Shown here one piece after another: positions 18,897 through 29,106 of a DNA stretch of 64,000 bases (the stretch's first letter is position 1; each line of letters begins with the position of its first letter). A model generated the notes under the pieces. The model worked only from the letters and a program-made list of their open reading frames with translations, was not told the origin of the DNA and did not search any database. A program made the position numbers and the translations under genes. The DNA comes from Prochloron sp. (GTDB lineage: Bacteria; Cyanobacteriota; Cyanobacteriia; Cyanobacteriales; Prochloraceae): contig OZ240666.1 of assembly GCA_965198675.1 (NCBI GenBank), positions 2,656,666-2,720,665 on the forward strand, written 5' to 3'.

Positions 18897-19411
18897 TTAC
18901 CATTTTATATATCCCTTTTTCTTGCGCTTACCCTGATTATCACCCGTCTTAATTACATTACTCTGATCGCCCTGTATTACCGTTGTATTAGTTTGTAATT
19001 TGCCCATATTAATTTCCGAAATCATCTTCTTTATAGTATCAGCAAAACCTTCATCGTCATCCATTTCTACCTCAAGATAAGATAGAATCTTGTTCAATGC
19101 TTCGGGAGAACCTGCTTGTAATTGAGCGATTCCGAGCGGTGCGCCTCTTTAGCTTTCGGTTTCCCTTGTAATCGAGTTATAATAAACTGACGGAGTGAAG
19201 CAATTTTAGCGATCGCTACTTCTGTAAACCGTTTACCTAAATCCATGATACTCCCTGTGAGTACCAACTCGAAAAATTTTGTAATAATTGGTTCCATCTG
19301 TAAAAACAGGGCAATCGCACTTAAATTTAGGAATACCGATGGTGCCATCATCTCACAACAATATAAATATTTATACTTAGCAATGAGAACTTTACCCAGC
19401 AAGGGTTTCAA
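18897..19411 (-). pseudogene. fragment of a hypothetical gene, apparently frameshifted
   Basis: Two adjacent ORFs lie in different frames (19094-19411 and 18897-19097). The second frame is already open from about 19150 (..RGAPLGIAQLQAGSPEALNKILSYLEVEMDDDEGFADTIKK). There is no recognisable catalytic domain. Confidence 0.25.
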
Positions 19412-19808
19412 AATAGCTGCGATTGCCCTGTCTGTAAAAACAATCCTCTATAGACATCTCCTAAAACTAGGGGTGCAATCTTGATCTATAAGAGTTTCAC
19501 AACCTTTTATGGAGATGTCTTATATCTAAAAAAATCTGCGTTCATCTGCTCCCGCCAAAGGCGCTTTGCTTGCGCTTTGCTTCGCAATCATCTGCGGTTC
19601 CTTAAACAAAAATTAACATTTGTTCACAATCAATGTGGTGCTTGGTGGGCAATAGTTCTAAAAGATACCCGGTTACCATAAACTGCTTTGAGATTGCCCA
19701 CCCTACATTGCACCGGAAGGACAAAACTTATTGAAAAATTATCTATCTTATCCGTTATAATAATAATCTAACGCAAAAATCGGCAATTCCTCAACCAATT
19801 AATAGATA

Positions 19809-20909
19809 ATGGGAAATACATTCGGACATTTATTTCGGATAACCACATTTGGAGAATCCCACGGTGGTGGAGTGGGGGTAGTAATAGACGGGTGTCCCCC
19901 CCAACTAGAAATTAGCGAGGCAGAAATTCAAAGAGAATTAGATCGCAGAAAACCAGGACAAAGTAAAATAACCACCCCCAGGAAAGAAACCGATACCTGC
20001 GAAATCATCTCCGGGGTATTTGAAGGGAAAACCTTAGGAACTCCCATAGCCATTTTGGTGCGGAATAAAGATACCCGTTCCCAAGACTATAATGAAATAG
20101 CCCAAGCATATCGCCCTTCCCACGCAGACGCCACCTACGAGGCAAAATATGGCTTCCGCAACTGGCAGGGAGGGGGACGAGCATCGGCTCGAGAAACCAT
20201 AGGGAGAGTAGCAGCAGGAGCGATCGCCAAAAAAATCCTCCAACAAGTTGCCCAAGTAGAAGTTATCGGCTACGTCCAGCAGATAAAAGACCTCCAGGCC
20301 AAAGTAGACCCCAACACGGTTACCCTAGCAGAAGTAGAAAATAATATCGTCCGCTGTCCCGACGGGGAATGTGCCCAACAAATGATTCAACTAATCGACC
20401 AAACCCGACAAAACCAAGATTCTATCGGTGGGGTAGTCCAGTGCGTTGCTCGCAACGTACCCAAAGGTTTAGGAGAACCAGTCTTCGACAAACTAGAAGC
20501 AGACCTAGCCAAAGGAGTCATGTCTCTCCCAGCCAGTAAAGGCTTTGAAATTGGTTCCGGTTTTGGCGGCACCCTCCTAACAGGCAAAGAGCATAACGAC
20601 GAATTTTACCGAGACGAAAAAGGGGAAATCCGCACCACTACCAATCGTTCTGGTGGCATTCAGGGAGGTATAGCCAACGGGGAAAACATTATTTTACGAG
20701 TAGCCTTCAAACCTACTGCCACCATAGGTAAAGAACAGCGGACAGTCACCAGAAGCGGTGTCCAGACCATCCTAGCAGCGAAAGGGCGCCACGACCCTTG
20801 CGTTCTGCCAAGAGCAGTACCCATGGTAGAAGCAATGGTTGCCCTGGTACTCTGCGATCATCTCTTACGGCATCAGGGTCAATGTACCATTCTCAACAGT
20901 AACCAGTGA
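19809..20909 (+). CDS. aroC: chorismate synthase
   Basis: [31 protein letters not shown].., [12 protein letters not shown]-like [14 protein letters not shown] and GRHDPCV are the canonical AroC motifs. Confidence 0.95.
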   Translation: MGNTFGHLFRITTFGESHGGGVGVVIDGCPPQLEISEAEIQRELDRRKPGQSKITTPRKETDTCEIISGVFEGKTLGTPIAILVRNKDTRSQDYNEIAQAYRPSHADATYEAKYGFRNWQGGGRASARETIGRVAAGAIAKKILQQVAQVEVIGYVQQIKDLQAKVDPNTVTLAEVENNIVRCPDGECAQQMIQLIDQTRQNQDSIGGVVQCVARNVPKGLGEPVFDKLEADLAKGVMSLPASKGFEIGSGFGGTLLTGKEHNDEFYRDEKGEIRTTTNRSGGIQGGIANGENIILRVAFKPTATIGKEQRTVTRSGVQTILAAKGRHDPCVLPRAVPMVEAMVALVLCDHLLRHQGQCTILNSNQ

Positions 20910-21155
20910 CCACGTACCATGGTACCAGTGAAGTAATCCGTCTTTGGATCATGAGAGCACACTAAATTAACGACCACTGGTTACTGACAACTCTCCAGAA
21001 ACTTATAGTGCTCCTTTTGGGGAAGGGTAAAGGGTAAAGGGTTGCAAGCTTGCGGAAAATGTAAAAGAAGGCTTTTAGCAATTCTTTGATCTCATGTAAA
21101 CCTCACGGGAGTTTGGAAACCACCATTTTCAAATGGTGTCCGAAAAACGACACGA

Positions 21156-21776
21156 GCGCGCGCCATTAATCAATGCCGCGCGCAGTCCCCCGGCATTGAT
21201 TAATGGCGGGGGAGAGGGAAATTGTTATCTCCCTCAAAACTCCCATTGCTGGGGTAAAGTTAGCCGAGCTAACCCACCCCTACCCCCTCCCGGGAGGGGG
21301 AAAGGGGGTGGGTACTATCCCAAAAGCACTGTCTTACCCCGAGTAAAACTATTTAACCTTTGAGTTCTAGAGCTTGGAACTACCCACCCCCCGAGCAAGT
21401 CTCCTGGGAGGGGGGTTGGGGGGTGGGTAGGAACTTTAACTCTTGCCAATAACGTAGTCAGTTAAGTAGGATGCGTTAGCACACGTCTGGAGAAGTGTTT
21501 AAAGCTGACAGCTATGGCGTAACGCATCCTACAGCTGGTCAGCTAACTGAAGAGGAGGCACGAGAGCAACGCTACAAAGCGTGCGGGGTGCTGACCTCAA
21601 GACAGTCCCTTTGATCCACTCCCCCGGTTAAAACACGGGGGATTCGGGATTTAAGCAGCAACCCTTCGGGAAACCCCGTCTTACATTGCCTAGCCCACCC
21701 ACCCCCCGAGCCAAGCTCCCAGGAGGGGGGTTGGGGGGTGGGTTGCTCCCCTCCCAGGAGGGGATGGGGGTGGGTC
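21156..21776. repeat. cluster of at least seven miniature palindromic elements from three families
   Basis: CCATTAATCAATG-centred palindromes lie at 21156-21183 and 21187-21212. GGGTGGG...CCCGGG/CCAGG...CCCACCC palindromes lie at 21272-21313, 21382-21430, 21694-21743 and 21747-21776. A GTAGGATGCGTTAGC...GCGTAACGCATCCTAC hairpin lies at 21469-21535. Confidence 0.85.
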
Positions 21777-22055
21777 CAACCTTTTTGATTATACTACGGC
21801 TGAATAAATTCAGCTTGCGCTTATATCCCCCGATTAAAATACGGTTGCTCTATCGCTTTGCACCTCGTAAAAAACCACCCCACCCCCTACACCCCACCCA
21901 GTTTTTCATCTTTATTTTGGGGGCGTTCGCGTCCCTCGGGAGCTGGTAACTGATTCAAGGGAACCAATAAATTCGCTTAGGAGAATTATGAGAGAAGTAG
22001 CCCACTTTCTGCTAAAATCTTATAGAAACTTTAAAAAACGTTACCAAATTAATAA

Positions 22056-23033
22056 ATGGATTTATTGATTGTGGGTGCCACGGGCACCTTGGGGAGACAA
22101 GTGGCTCGTCGCGCACTGGATGAAGGCTATGGAGTTCGCTGTTTGGTGCGCAACTCTGCAAAAGCAGCTTTTTTAAAAGAATGGGGTGCAGAGTTAGTGA
22201 AAGGAGACCTTTGCGACCCGAAAACCCTCCCCCCAGCCCTCACTAACATTGATGCTGTCATCGATGCAGCAACAGCAAGAATTACAGATTCCCTAACAAT
22301 TAAACAGGTAGACTGGTTTGGGAAAGTCAATCTCATCCAAGCAGTAAAAGCAGCAGGGATCGAACGGTATATTTTTTGTTCCATTCTCAATGCCTCCCAA
22401 CAGAGAGAAATTCCCTTAATGGACATAAAATATTGTACAGAACTATTCCTAGCAGAAGCAAGCTTAAAATATACAACTCTACAATTAGTGGGCTTTATGC
22501 AAGGGCTTATCGGTCAGTATGCCATACCAATTTTAGACAACCAGGCAGTATGGGTGACCGGGGAGAGTGGAGCAATCGCCTATATGAATACCCAAGATAT
22601 TGCTAAATTTGCCATTCGCGCCTTATCTGTGCCAGAAACAGAGAAACGAGCTTTCCCCATGGTAGGTACTCGTGCTTGGAGTGGGTGGGAAATTATTAGC
22701 CTGTGCGAAGAATTATCGGGTATTGATGCTAAAATATCCAGACTGCCCCTAGGTTTACTCCGTTTTATGGGTCGGATCGCCCGTTTCTTTCAATGGGGTC
22801 AGAATACAGCGGATCGCTTAGCCTTTGCTGAAGTTTTGGCAAGGGGTGAATCTCTTAATGCTCCCATGGAAGAGGTTTATCAGGTCTTCGGACTGGATCC
22901 GAAAGACACTACTACATTAGAAGCCTACCTCAAAGAATATTTTAGTCGCATATTACAAAAACTCCGGGAAATTGATTACGAAAAAACAAAAACACAAAAA
23001 AGAAAAAAACTCATGAAGAAATCTCAATTTTAA
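22056..23033 (+). CDS. ycf39: Ycf39-like NAD(P)-binding atypical SDR (NmrA-like, PSII assembly factor family)
   Basis: MDLLIVGATGTLGRQVARRALDEGYGVRCLVRNSAKAAFLKEWGAELVKGDLCDPKTL..IDAATARITDSLTIKQVDW closely resembles Ycf39/Slr0399. Confidence 0.75.
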   Translation: MDLLIVGATGTLGRQVARRALDEGYGVRCLVRNSAKAAFLKEWGAELVKGDLCDPKTLPPALTNIDAVIDAATARITDSLTIKQVDWFGKVNLIQAVKAAGIERYIFCSILNASQQREIPLMDIKYCTELFLAEASLKYTTLQLVGFMQGLIGQYAIPILDNQAVWVTGESGAIAYMNTQDIAKFAIRALSVPETEKRAFPMVGTRAWSGWEIISLCEELSGIDAKISRLPLGLLRFMGRIARFFQWGQNTADRLAFAEVLARGESLNAPMEEVYQVFGLDPKDTTTLEAYLKEYFSRILQKLREIDYEKTKTQKRKKLMKKSQF

Positions 23034-23100
23034 GTCTAGGTTATGGGCGATGGATCATGGGTGATAGGAACCAATGACCAAATTTAAAGGATAATTAGTT

Positions 23101-24018
23101 GTGCCAAAAGCAGGCATTATCTACAACGATATCAAACCAGTAGCATGTAAAGTGGCATCATCACTGCTGGAGCAGTTAGCCAATAGAGGATGGGAAGTTT
23201 GCATAACGACAAGTTTCGGGGGTATTCTCGGATACTCTACCCCGGGTAGTCCCGTTTGTCATACCCCCATAGAACAGTTAATTCCTAGGGATTTTGACGA
23301 AAATGTAGCCTTTGCCATAGTCCTGGGAGGAGATGGCACAGTTTTGTCAGCTTGCCGTCAACTAGCCCCCTGTGGTATTCCCCTACTAACCGTAAATACT
23401 GGACACATGGGGTTTCTGACGGAAACCTACGTCAATCAACTGCCCCAAGCAGTGGAGAAGCTATTAAAGGGAGAATATGAAATTGAAGAGCGATCTATGC
23501 TGACAGTGCAGGTGTTTCGAGACCAGACTCTGCTTTGGGAAGCACTTTGCCTGAATGAAATGGTCATCCATAGGGAACCTTTAACCAGTATGTGCCATTT
23601 TGAAATTAAAATCGGCAGCCACGCACCAGTGGATATTGCTGCTGACGGGGTAATTGTCTCCACCCCTACAGGTTCCACCGCTTACGGACTCAGTGCAGGT
23701 GGTCCGGTATTGACACCAGATATTCCGGTGTTGCAATTAACCCCCATTTGTCCTCATTCTCTCGCTTCTAGGGCTTTAGTGTTTTCCGATACCTTCCATG
23801 TCCAAGTCATTCCCGCTACTGCTAACAGAATGGTAATGGTAGTAGATGGCAATGGAGGGTGTTACGTTGTGCCAGAAGATCGAGTACATATAGAGCGATC
23901 GCTTTATCCCGCTCGTTTTATCCGCTTGCAACAGCCAGAATTTTTCCGTATTCTGCGGGAAAAATTGGGCTGGGGACTTCCCCACATCGCTAAACCCACC
24001 GAGGTAGAACTTCCGTAG
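23101..24018 (+). CDS. nadK: NAD(+) kinase
   Basis: It has a GTG start, the GGDGTVLSA motif, [12 protein letters not shown] and [16 protein letters not shown]. Confidence 0.9.
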   Translation: MPKAGIIYNDIKPVACKVASSLLEQLANRGWEVCITTSFGGILGYSTPGSPVCHTPIEQLIPRDFDENVAFAIVLGGDGTVLSACRQLAPCGIPLLTVNTGHMGFLTETYVNQLPQAVEKLLKGEYEIEERSMLTVQVFRDQTLLWEALCLNEMVIHREPLTSMCHFEIKIGSHAPVDIAADGVIVSTPTGSTAYGLSAGGPVLTPDIPVLQLTPICPHSLASRALVFSDTFHVQVIPATANRMVMVVDGNGGCYVVPEDRVHIERSLYPARFIRLQQPEFFRILREKLGWGLPHIAKPTEVELP

Positions 24019-24164
24019 GAGCGATTGAGACATAGGGAGATAGGGAGATGGGGGGATGGGGGGATAGGGAGATGGGAGCGGGAGTAGGTTTTGTACCACC
24101 TGTGTGCAACCCCTGTGGCGATTTTTCAACGGAACGGCGCGGGAGTCCCCACCCGTAGGATGCG

Positions 24165-24755
24165 TTAGCTGTCGTAGGATGCGTTACTAGCCGTAAGTAG
24201 CAACAATACAAACTTTGTTGGCGTAACGCATCGTACGTAGCAGCATCCTAAATTAAATGGGTTAGCGTAACGCATCCTACGCGAAGCGGGATGGGGATGA
24301 ATAGCGCGGGAACTTCCTGGGTGATGCCCCCTAAGTTCCCAACTACGCTTTCGGGGCGTGCAAGAGATAGCTAAATACTGCCGTAGTTTCTCTATTGGTG
24401 CACCGCCAGTAGATGCTACGTAGTAGGAACCTGACCAAAACGAAACGCCGGAACGGTAAAACTCTTTGAGTTCTTTTTTATATTCCCGCTTCATGGTTCT
24501 GCTTGTGGCAGCTTTCAGAGAGCCAACGACCGCTGAGATTGAGTTCCTGGGGTGAAAGTCTACCAACAGGTGGACATGGTCAGACTCGCCGGAAAACTCA
24601 ACTAGCTTACACCCCATTTTCTTGCAGACCTGATTACACATGGATTCTATGCGGGTAAGCATTGAGGCATTGATGGCTTTTCTTCGATAATGTGTTACAA
24701 ATACAAAGTGCAGTAGCACACTAAAAACGCTGTGAGAACCTTTTCTGGGTTTCAT
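24165..24755 (-). CDS. tnpA: IS200/IS605 family transposase TnpA (Y1/HUH)
   Basis: The HUH motif (SDHVHLLVDF) and the catalytic Tyr region (WSGSYYVASTGGAPIEKLRQY) are both present. The core ends near aa 135. The remaining roughly 60 codons read through the element's left-end hairpins, so the true stop is uncertain. Confidence 0.7.
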   Translation of the reverse strand: MKPRKGSHSVFSVLLHFVFVTHYRRKAINASMLTRIESMCNQVCKKMGCKLVEFSGESDHVHLLVDFHPRNSISAVVGSLKAATSRTMKREYKKELKEFYRSGVSFWSGSYYVASTGGAPIEKLRQYLAISCTPRKRSWELRGHHPGSSRAIHPHPASRRMRYANPFNLGCCYVRCVTPTKFVLLLLTASNASYDS

Positions 24756-24784
24756 CTTGACAACCTACACTTCAACTGTTATAG

Positions 24785-26061
24785 TTGGATTATCCAACCC
24801 AAGAGGTCGTGATGCCAACCCGCAGAATAACCTACCGCCTATATCCAAGTGCTTCGGAGATTAAGCAGTTGCACATAGCCCGCAAGATGCATTGCGACCT
24901 ATATAATGCTGCCGTGGCTAATCGTAGGACTCAATATAAACGCTTTGGACATTCGGTAGATTATTTTGAGCAGCAAAACTCCCTACCCGCGTTTAAGGAG
25001 GTCTGGCCAGAATATAAAGAGTTAGGCTCTATGGCCCTTCAGGCGACTCTGAAGCGGGTTGATTTTGCTTATCAGCGGTTTTTTAAAGGCTTAGGAAAAT
25101 ACCCAAAATTCAAAGCCAAACGCCGTTATAGAGGATGGACTTACCCCAATAGTGCTGGTTGGAAAGTTAACCCCCGCCATTAATCAATGCCGGGGGTTAA
25201 CGGTCAGCTTGAGTTGAGGCATTTTAAGTTCGGCCCTATCTTTATTCCAATGCGGAGAAAGGCCCGAACTTGGGGCAAACCAACAACTTGTACGATAATT
25301 TGGAATAATAATAAATGGTACGCATCTATAACAGTTAATTGTGTTCCCGAAAGAGAAACCCACCCCCCTTCGCCCCCCTCCTGGGAGGGGGGTTGGGGGG
25401 TGGGTTGGTTTAGATTTTGGTTGTAAAGTAGCTATAGCTACATCAGATGGAGAGTTTATAGAAGCTCCAAAGTTTCAGGCAAAAGCAGCCCTGAAGGTCA
25501 AACAACTTTCTAAACAGTTGAGGCGAAAACGCCGACCAGAAAAGAGAAAAACTAGGGCTTCCCGGAGGTGGCGGAAGACTCAAACCCTAATTAGTAAAGT
25601 CCGACGTGATGTAGCCAATCAACGCCACGATTGGTCCCATAAGGTAGCAGCACAAATTGTACGCCGTAATAGCTTGGTTGCTACTGAGAAATTAACACCG
25701 AAGGTGCCGCCTTTGGCGTCCCTTAAGGGCATGACTCGTAAAGGAAAAGGAAAGAGAAAGCGCCCCTATTGCTGGGCTTAATCGGTCTTTATTAGATGTC
25801 GCAATTGGCATGACAAAAAATGTCATAAAGTACAAAGTACTCGAGGCAAAAGGTGTTTATTTAGAGGCACCGACACAAAAGTTAAAACCCACTCAACGAT
25901 GTGCTAAATGTTGGGACACTACCAAGAAAACATCTCGTTTACGTGTTCATGTTTGCCAACATTGTGGACATCAAGAAGATAGGGATGTAAATGCAGCTCA
26001 AGTGATGTTGGCTTGGGCTAGGGGTCAGGAACTGGCCTATGCCAGATGGGTCGCGGCGTAG
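24785..26061 (+). pseudogene. tnpB: TnpB (IS605 OrfB) RNA-guided nuclease family, disrupted at three or more points
   Basis: The pieces lie in frames 2, 2, 0 and 1. They include ..YRLYPSASEIKQLHIARKM.., ..VGLDFGCKVAIATSDGEFIEAPKF.. (RuvC-I) and ..CAKCWDTTKKTSRLRVHVCQHCGHQEDRDVNAAQ (zinc finger plus RuvC-III). Breaks coincide with small repeats at 25171-25196, 25359-25406 and about 25700-25790. Confidence 0.75.
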
Positions 26062-26262
26062 GATGCGTTAGCTGCCGTTAGGATGCGGTAGCTGCCGTTA
26101 GGATTAGCGTAACGCATCCTACCAATTGCGGAAGCATGAGGCAACTAGGGGCTATGAAGCGTCAGAAACGGCGTGTTCAGCGTAGCGACACGCCGTAGTT
26201 CATTTGTTATCGATTAATGTTAAGGTAAAATAGTGAGTATTAATACTTAAAATTATCCCGCT

Positions 26263-26955
26263 ATGCTCCCTGTTACTTCCGGCACTAAAGAGTGCGTTTT
26301 GTTGGTTAAGACTAACGAAGCCTTTACTCAAAAGGCAAGTCTGGCTTTAAGAGAAACAGGTTATCTCCCTCTAGCCATACCGGATGTCCAAGAGGCTTTG
26401 GCGCAAGTTGAGCAAATTAAACCAGCAATGATCGCCATTGACAGCACTAAGGCTTGCGAAATGGGGTTCACGTTTTGCTTCCAGCTCAGAAGTGCAGGAA
26501 ATCGCGTCCCAATGGTCATGCTGTTAGAGCAAGAAACCGTGGCGAAGCGAGCCAAAGTCCTGGAAGCAGGAGCAGATGATTATTTACTCAAACCTTATTT
26601 GTGCTCAGATTTTTTACAGCTAGTAAGGCAATATTTGCCACCGCAAAAAAGCATTAAAGAACAATTGTGTTTTGGTGAACTGGTATTGGACTTGACCGCA
26701 CGTAGAGTACTCCTGAAAGGAAAAGAAATTAACCTGACCATGAAAGAGTTTGAACTACTCAAATATCTCATGTCCCATCCACAGCAAGTATTGACCAGAG
26801 AAAAAATTATCGCCAATGTTTGGGGCTATGATTTTCCGGTCCAGTCAAACGTGATTGAAGTCTATATCCGTTATTTACGTCTCAAAATTGATCTAGGTAG
26901 GAAGCGTCTGATCCAAACTGTCAGAGGGGTGGGTTACGTTTTACGGTCCTCATAA
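26263..26955 (+). CDS. OmpR/PhoB-type response regulator with atypical receiver domain
   Basis: A winged-helix output domain is present (LTMKEFELLKYLMSHPQQVLTREKI..VWGYDF..NVIEVYIRYLRLKI..IQTVRGVGYVL). In the receiver, VLLVKTNE replaces the usual acidic DD(D/E) pocket, although an Asp is present in MIAIDS. Confidence 0.65.
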   Translation: MLPVTSGTKECVLLVKTNEAFTQKASLALRETGYLPLAIPDVQEALAQVEQIKPAMIAIDSTKACEMGFTFCFQLRSAGNRVPMVMLLEQETVAKRAKVLEAGADDYLLKPYLCSDFLQLVRQYLPPQKSIKEQLCFGELVLDLTARRVLLKGKEINLTMKEFELLKYLMSHPQQVLTREKIIANVWGYDFPVQSNVIEVYIRYLRLKIDLGRKRLIQTVRGVGYVLRSS

Positions 26956-27179
26956 ATCTTAACCCAATTCGCCCTCTATCTATGGCAGAATAATGATCCA
27001 TCAAAAATAGAATCCAATTTTAAGTAAAAGAACTGATTATCAATTCCTGCTGTTGGTGTGAGGTCGATCTGCTCAAGGCGATGGAAATCACTGCTAGATT
27101 GAGATCTGGAACACAAACACTTGGGAATCTAACTGAGACAATAATCAGGATAAGAAAATCAAGGAGATGCATTCAGATT

Positions 27180-27371
27180 ATGCTACCCGTCAGTTATTGT
27201 CGCTTAATTCGCTTTCTGCAAGAAGAATTATCTCTCTCTCAGGATTCAATTGCAATCGCAGAACGCTCACTCAAGCAAAATCCCGGTCCCCTGCCAATGA
27301 TTCTCTGGCAGTACGGTTTGGTAACTCTGGAGGAACTAAACCGGATCTTTGATTGGCTGGAAACTGCATAA
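27180..27371 (+). CDS. DUF2949 domain-containing protein
   Basis: LIRFLQEELSLSQDSIAIAERSLKQNPGPLPMILWQYGLVTLEELNRIFDWLE is the typical DUF2949 sequence. The start is set at the internal Met. Confidence 0.6.
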   Translation: MLPVSYCRLIRFLQEELSLSQDSIAIAERSLKQNPGPLPMILWQYGLVTLEELNRIFDWLETA

Positions 27372-27410
27372 AGAATTTATGCTAAGGTTTAAGAAAAGGT
27401 TGACTTTTGA

Positions 27411-28184
27411 TTAAAACAAGTCTTTCATCCCTCGCAAACGCCCAAAAACCCTCGCAGGCTCCTTACTTTTGGTCGCTAATTGCAACGAGTTCGTATCCCA
27501 GCGCAGAAAGGGATTGGTCCGCTTTTCAATCCCCAAAAGGGATGGTACCGTAGCCAGTCCTTGACTGCGGGCACGGGCAACGACAGCGTATCTGCTTTGC
27601 AAATCGGTATTTTCCGGATCTACCGTCAGGGCAAATTGAAGATTTTTGAGGGTATATTCGTGAGCGCACCAAACTCGAGTATTATCAGGTAAGGCCCTCA
27701 GTTTGCTCAAGGAATTGACCATTTGGGTCGGAGTACCTTCAAACAACCTACCGCACCCCCCAGCAAATAAAGTATCGCCGCAAAACAAATCCCCCATATT
27801 TTCGACCGAGACTGGGGGAAAATAGTAAGCAATATGAGCGCGGGTATGTCCCGGAACGAAGAAAACTTCTGCCCTCAGACCCCCAAATTTAACTTGATCG
27901 CCATCAGTCAAAAACACCTGCTGTCCAGGAATTCTCCCTCTATCCTCAGCTCCCCCATAAACGCAAAGGTTGGGAAAATGTGACCTTAGTTTTTCATTAC
28001 CCCCCACGTGGTCAAAATGATGGTGAGTATTAAAAATTGCAACCAAAGTAGCACCCAGCTTGTCTAAGCAAGACAGTACTGGCTTCGCTGTTGCCGGATC
28101 CACAACTGCGGCAATGTTAATTCGCCGAGCGTGCAGCAGAAATATATAGTTGTCAGAAAAAGCTGGCAGTCTGATAACGTCCAT
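27411..28184 (-). CDS. gloB: hydroxyacylglutathione hydrolase (glyoxalase II)
   Basis: It has the metallo-beta-lactamase motif [24 protein letters not shown] and C-terminal NPFLR. Confidence 0.9.
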   Translation of the reverse strand: MDVIRLPAFSDNYIFLLHARRINIAAVVDPATAKPVLSCLDKLGATLVAIFNTHHHFDHVGGNEKLRSHFPNLCVYGGAEDRGRIPGQQVFLTDGDQVKFGGLRAEVFFVPGHTRAHIAYYFPPVSVENMGDLFCGDTLFAGGCGRLFEGTPTQMVNSLSKLRALPDNTRVWCAHEYTLKNLQFALTVDPENTDLQSRYAVVARARSQGLATVPSLLGIEKRTNPFLRWDTNSLQLATKSKEPARVFGRLRGMKDLF

Positions 28185-28258
28185 GGATTAATTTCTCCTC
28201 TTCGGTGAAGATTGTAATCTGTTAAGATGGATAGTGGTTCCCGCTATTTAATTAGTTA

Positions 28259-29085
28259 GTGGTCAAGAAAATTTCTCTTCTAGCTCCCGATCTGTCTGGA
28301 GGTGGAGGAACGCGAGTCTATCTTTTGGCAAAGGTTTTGCAAAAGTTGTCCTACGACGTGACGGTCTTCGGCTTTCTAGGAGGCGAAAATCTCTATCCCC
28401 TTCCACCTCCCAATCTAACCGTTAAATGGGTACCAGGCTGCAATTATCCTGAATTGATAACTTCAGTTAGGCAATTGCTGCGGGAGATTGACGGCGATAT
28501 CCTCTATGCCGTAAAACCCCGACTTACCAGCTTAGGAGTGGCTTTATTGGCACGCTTGAGGTCAGGTTCGCCCATTCTCTTAGATATAGATGACTGGGAA
28601 TTAAGTTGGTTTGGGGGTGACAATTGGCATTATCGTCCTGGTATCAAGCAATTGGCAAGGGACTTGCTCAAAAAAGATGGCGCTTTGAGAGATCCCTCTC
28701 ATCCCCTTTATTTGCAGTGGATGGAAAAATTAATGGATCGGGTCGATGGAGTTACGGTAGATACGAGATTCCTCCAACATCGCTATGGAGGCACCTATCT
28801 CCCCCAGGGCAGAGATATAACCTTGTTTGACCCTGCCAAATTCGACCCAGAACTCTGTCGCCTATAGCCACCCGGGTGGGGGATATTACCGAAATTTTAG
28901 GATCGGCTGGTTTTCTCGTCGATCCTAGGGAGCCTGCCCAAATTGCTACGGCAATTGAGTCTATTTTTGCTGATGAAGCTGCCGCTCTTGAGTTAGGGAA
29001 AAAAGCCAGAGAAAAGTGCGTCAGCCACTACAGTCTGGAGCCCATGGCGGATATTTTAGCTGGGGTGATAAAACTTTTAAATTGA
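28259..29085 (+). pseudogene. GT4-type glycosyltransferase with an internal deletion and frameshift
   Basis: The N-terminal domain (KISLLAPDLSGGGGTRVYLLAKVLQKL..) lies in one frame. The extreme C-terminus (GDITEILGSAGFLVDPREPAQIATAIESIFADE..) lies in another. The nucleotide-sugar-binding Rossmann core between them is missing, and the junction lies at the palindrome CCACCCGGGTGG (28868-28879). Confidence 0.6.
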
Positions 29086-29106
29086 ACAGAGATCGGGCAA
29101 GTTATA

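Larger units (their letters stand above)
24150..26125. mobile_element. IS200/IS605-family element (divergent tnpA and tnpB) with subterminal hairpin ends
   Basis: Repeated GTAGGATGCGTTA(G/C)..GCGTAACGCATCCTAC hairpin modules lie at about 24155-24292 (left) and 26058-26122 (right). They bracket tnpA (minus strand) and tnpB (plus strand). Confidence 0.7.

Noticed and set aside
21133-21949. ORFs 21133-21363 and 21686-21949, and likewise 16024-16236, 25187-25426 and 55826-56038
   Set aside because: Their Pro/Gly-rich translations (PPGRGKGG, GGLGGG) come from the GGGTGGG-family palindromes. There is no coding signal outside the repeats.
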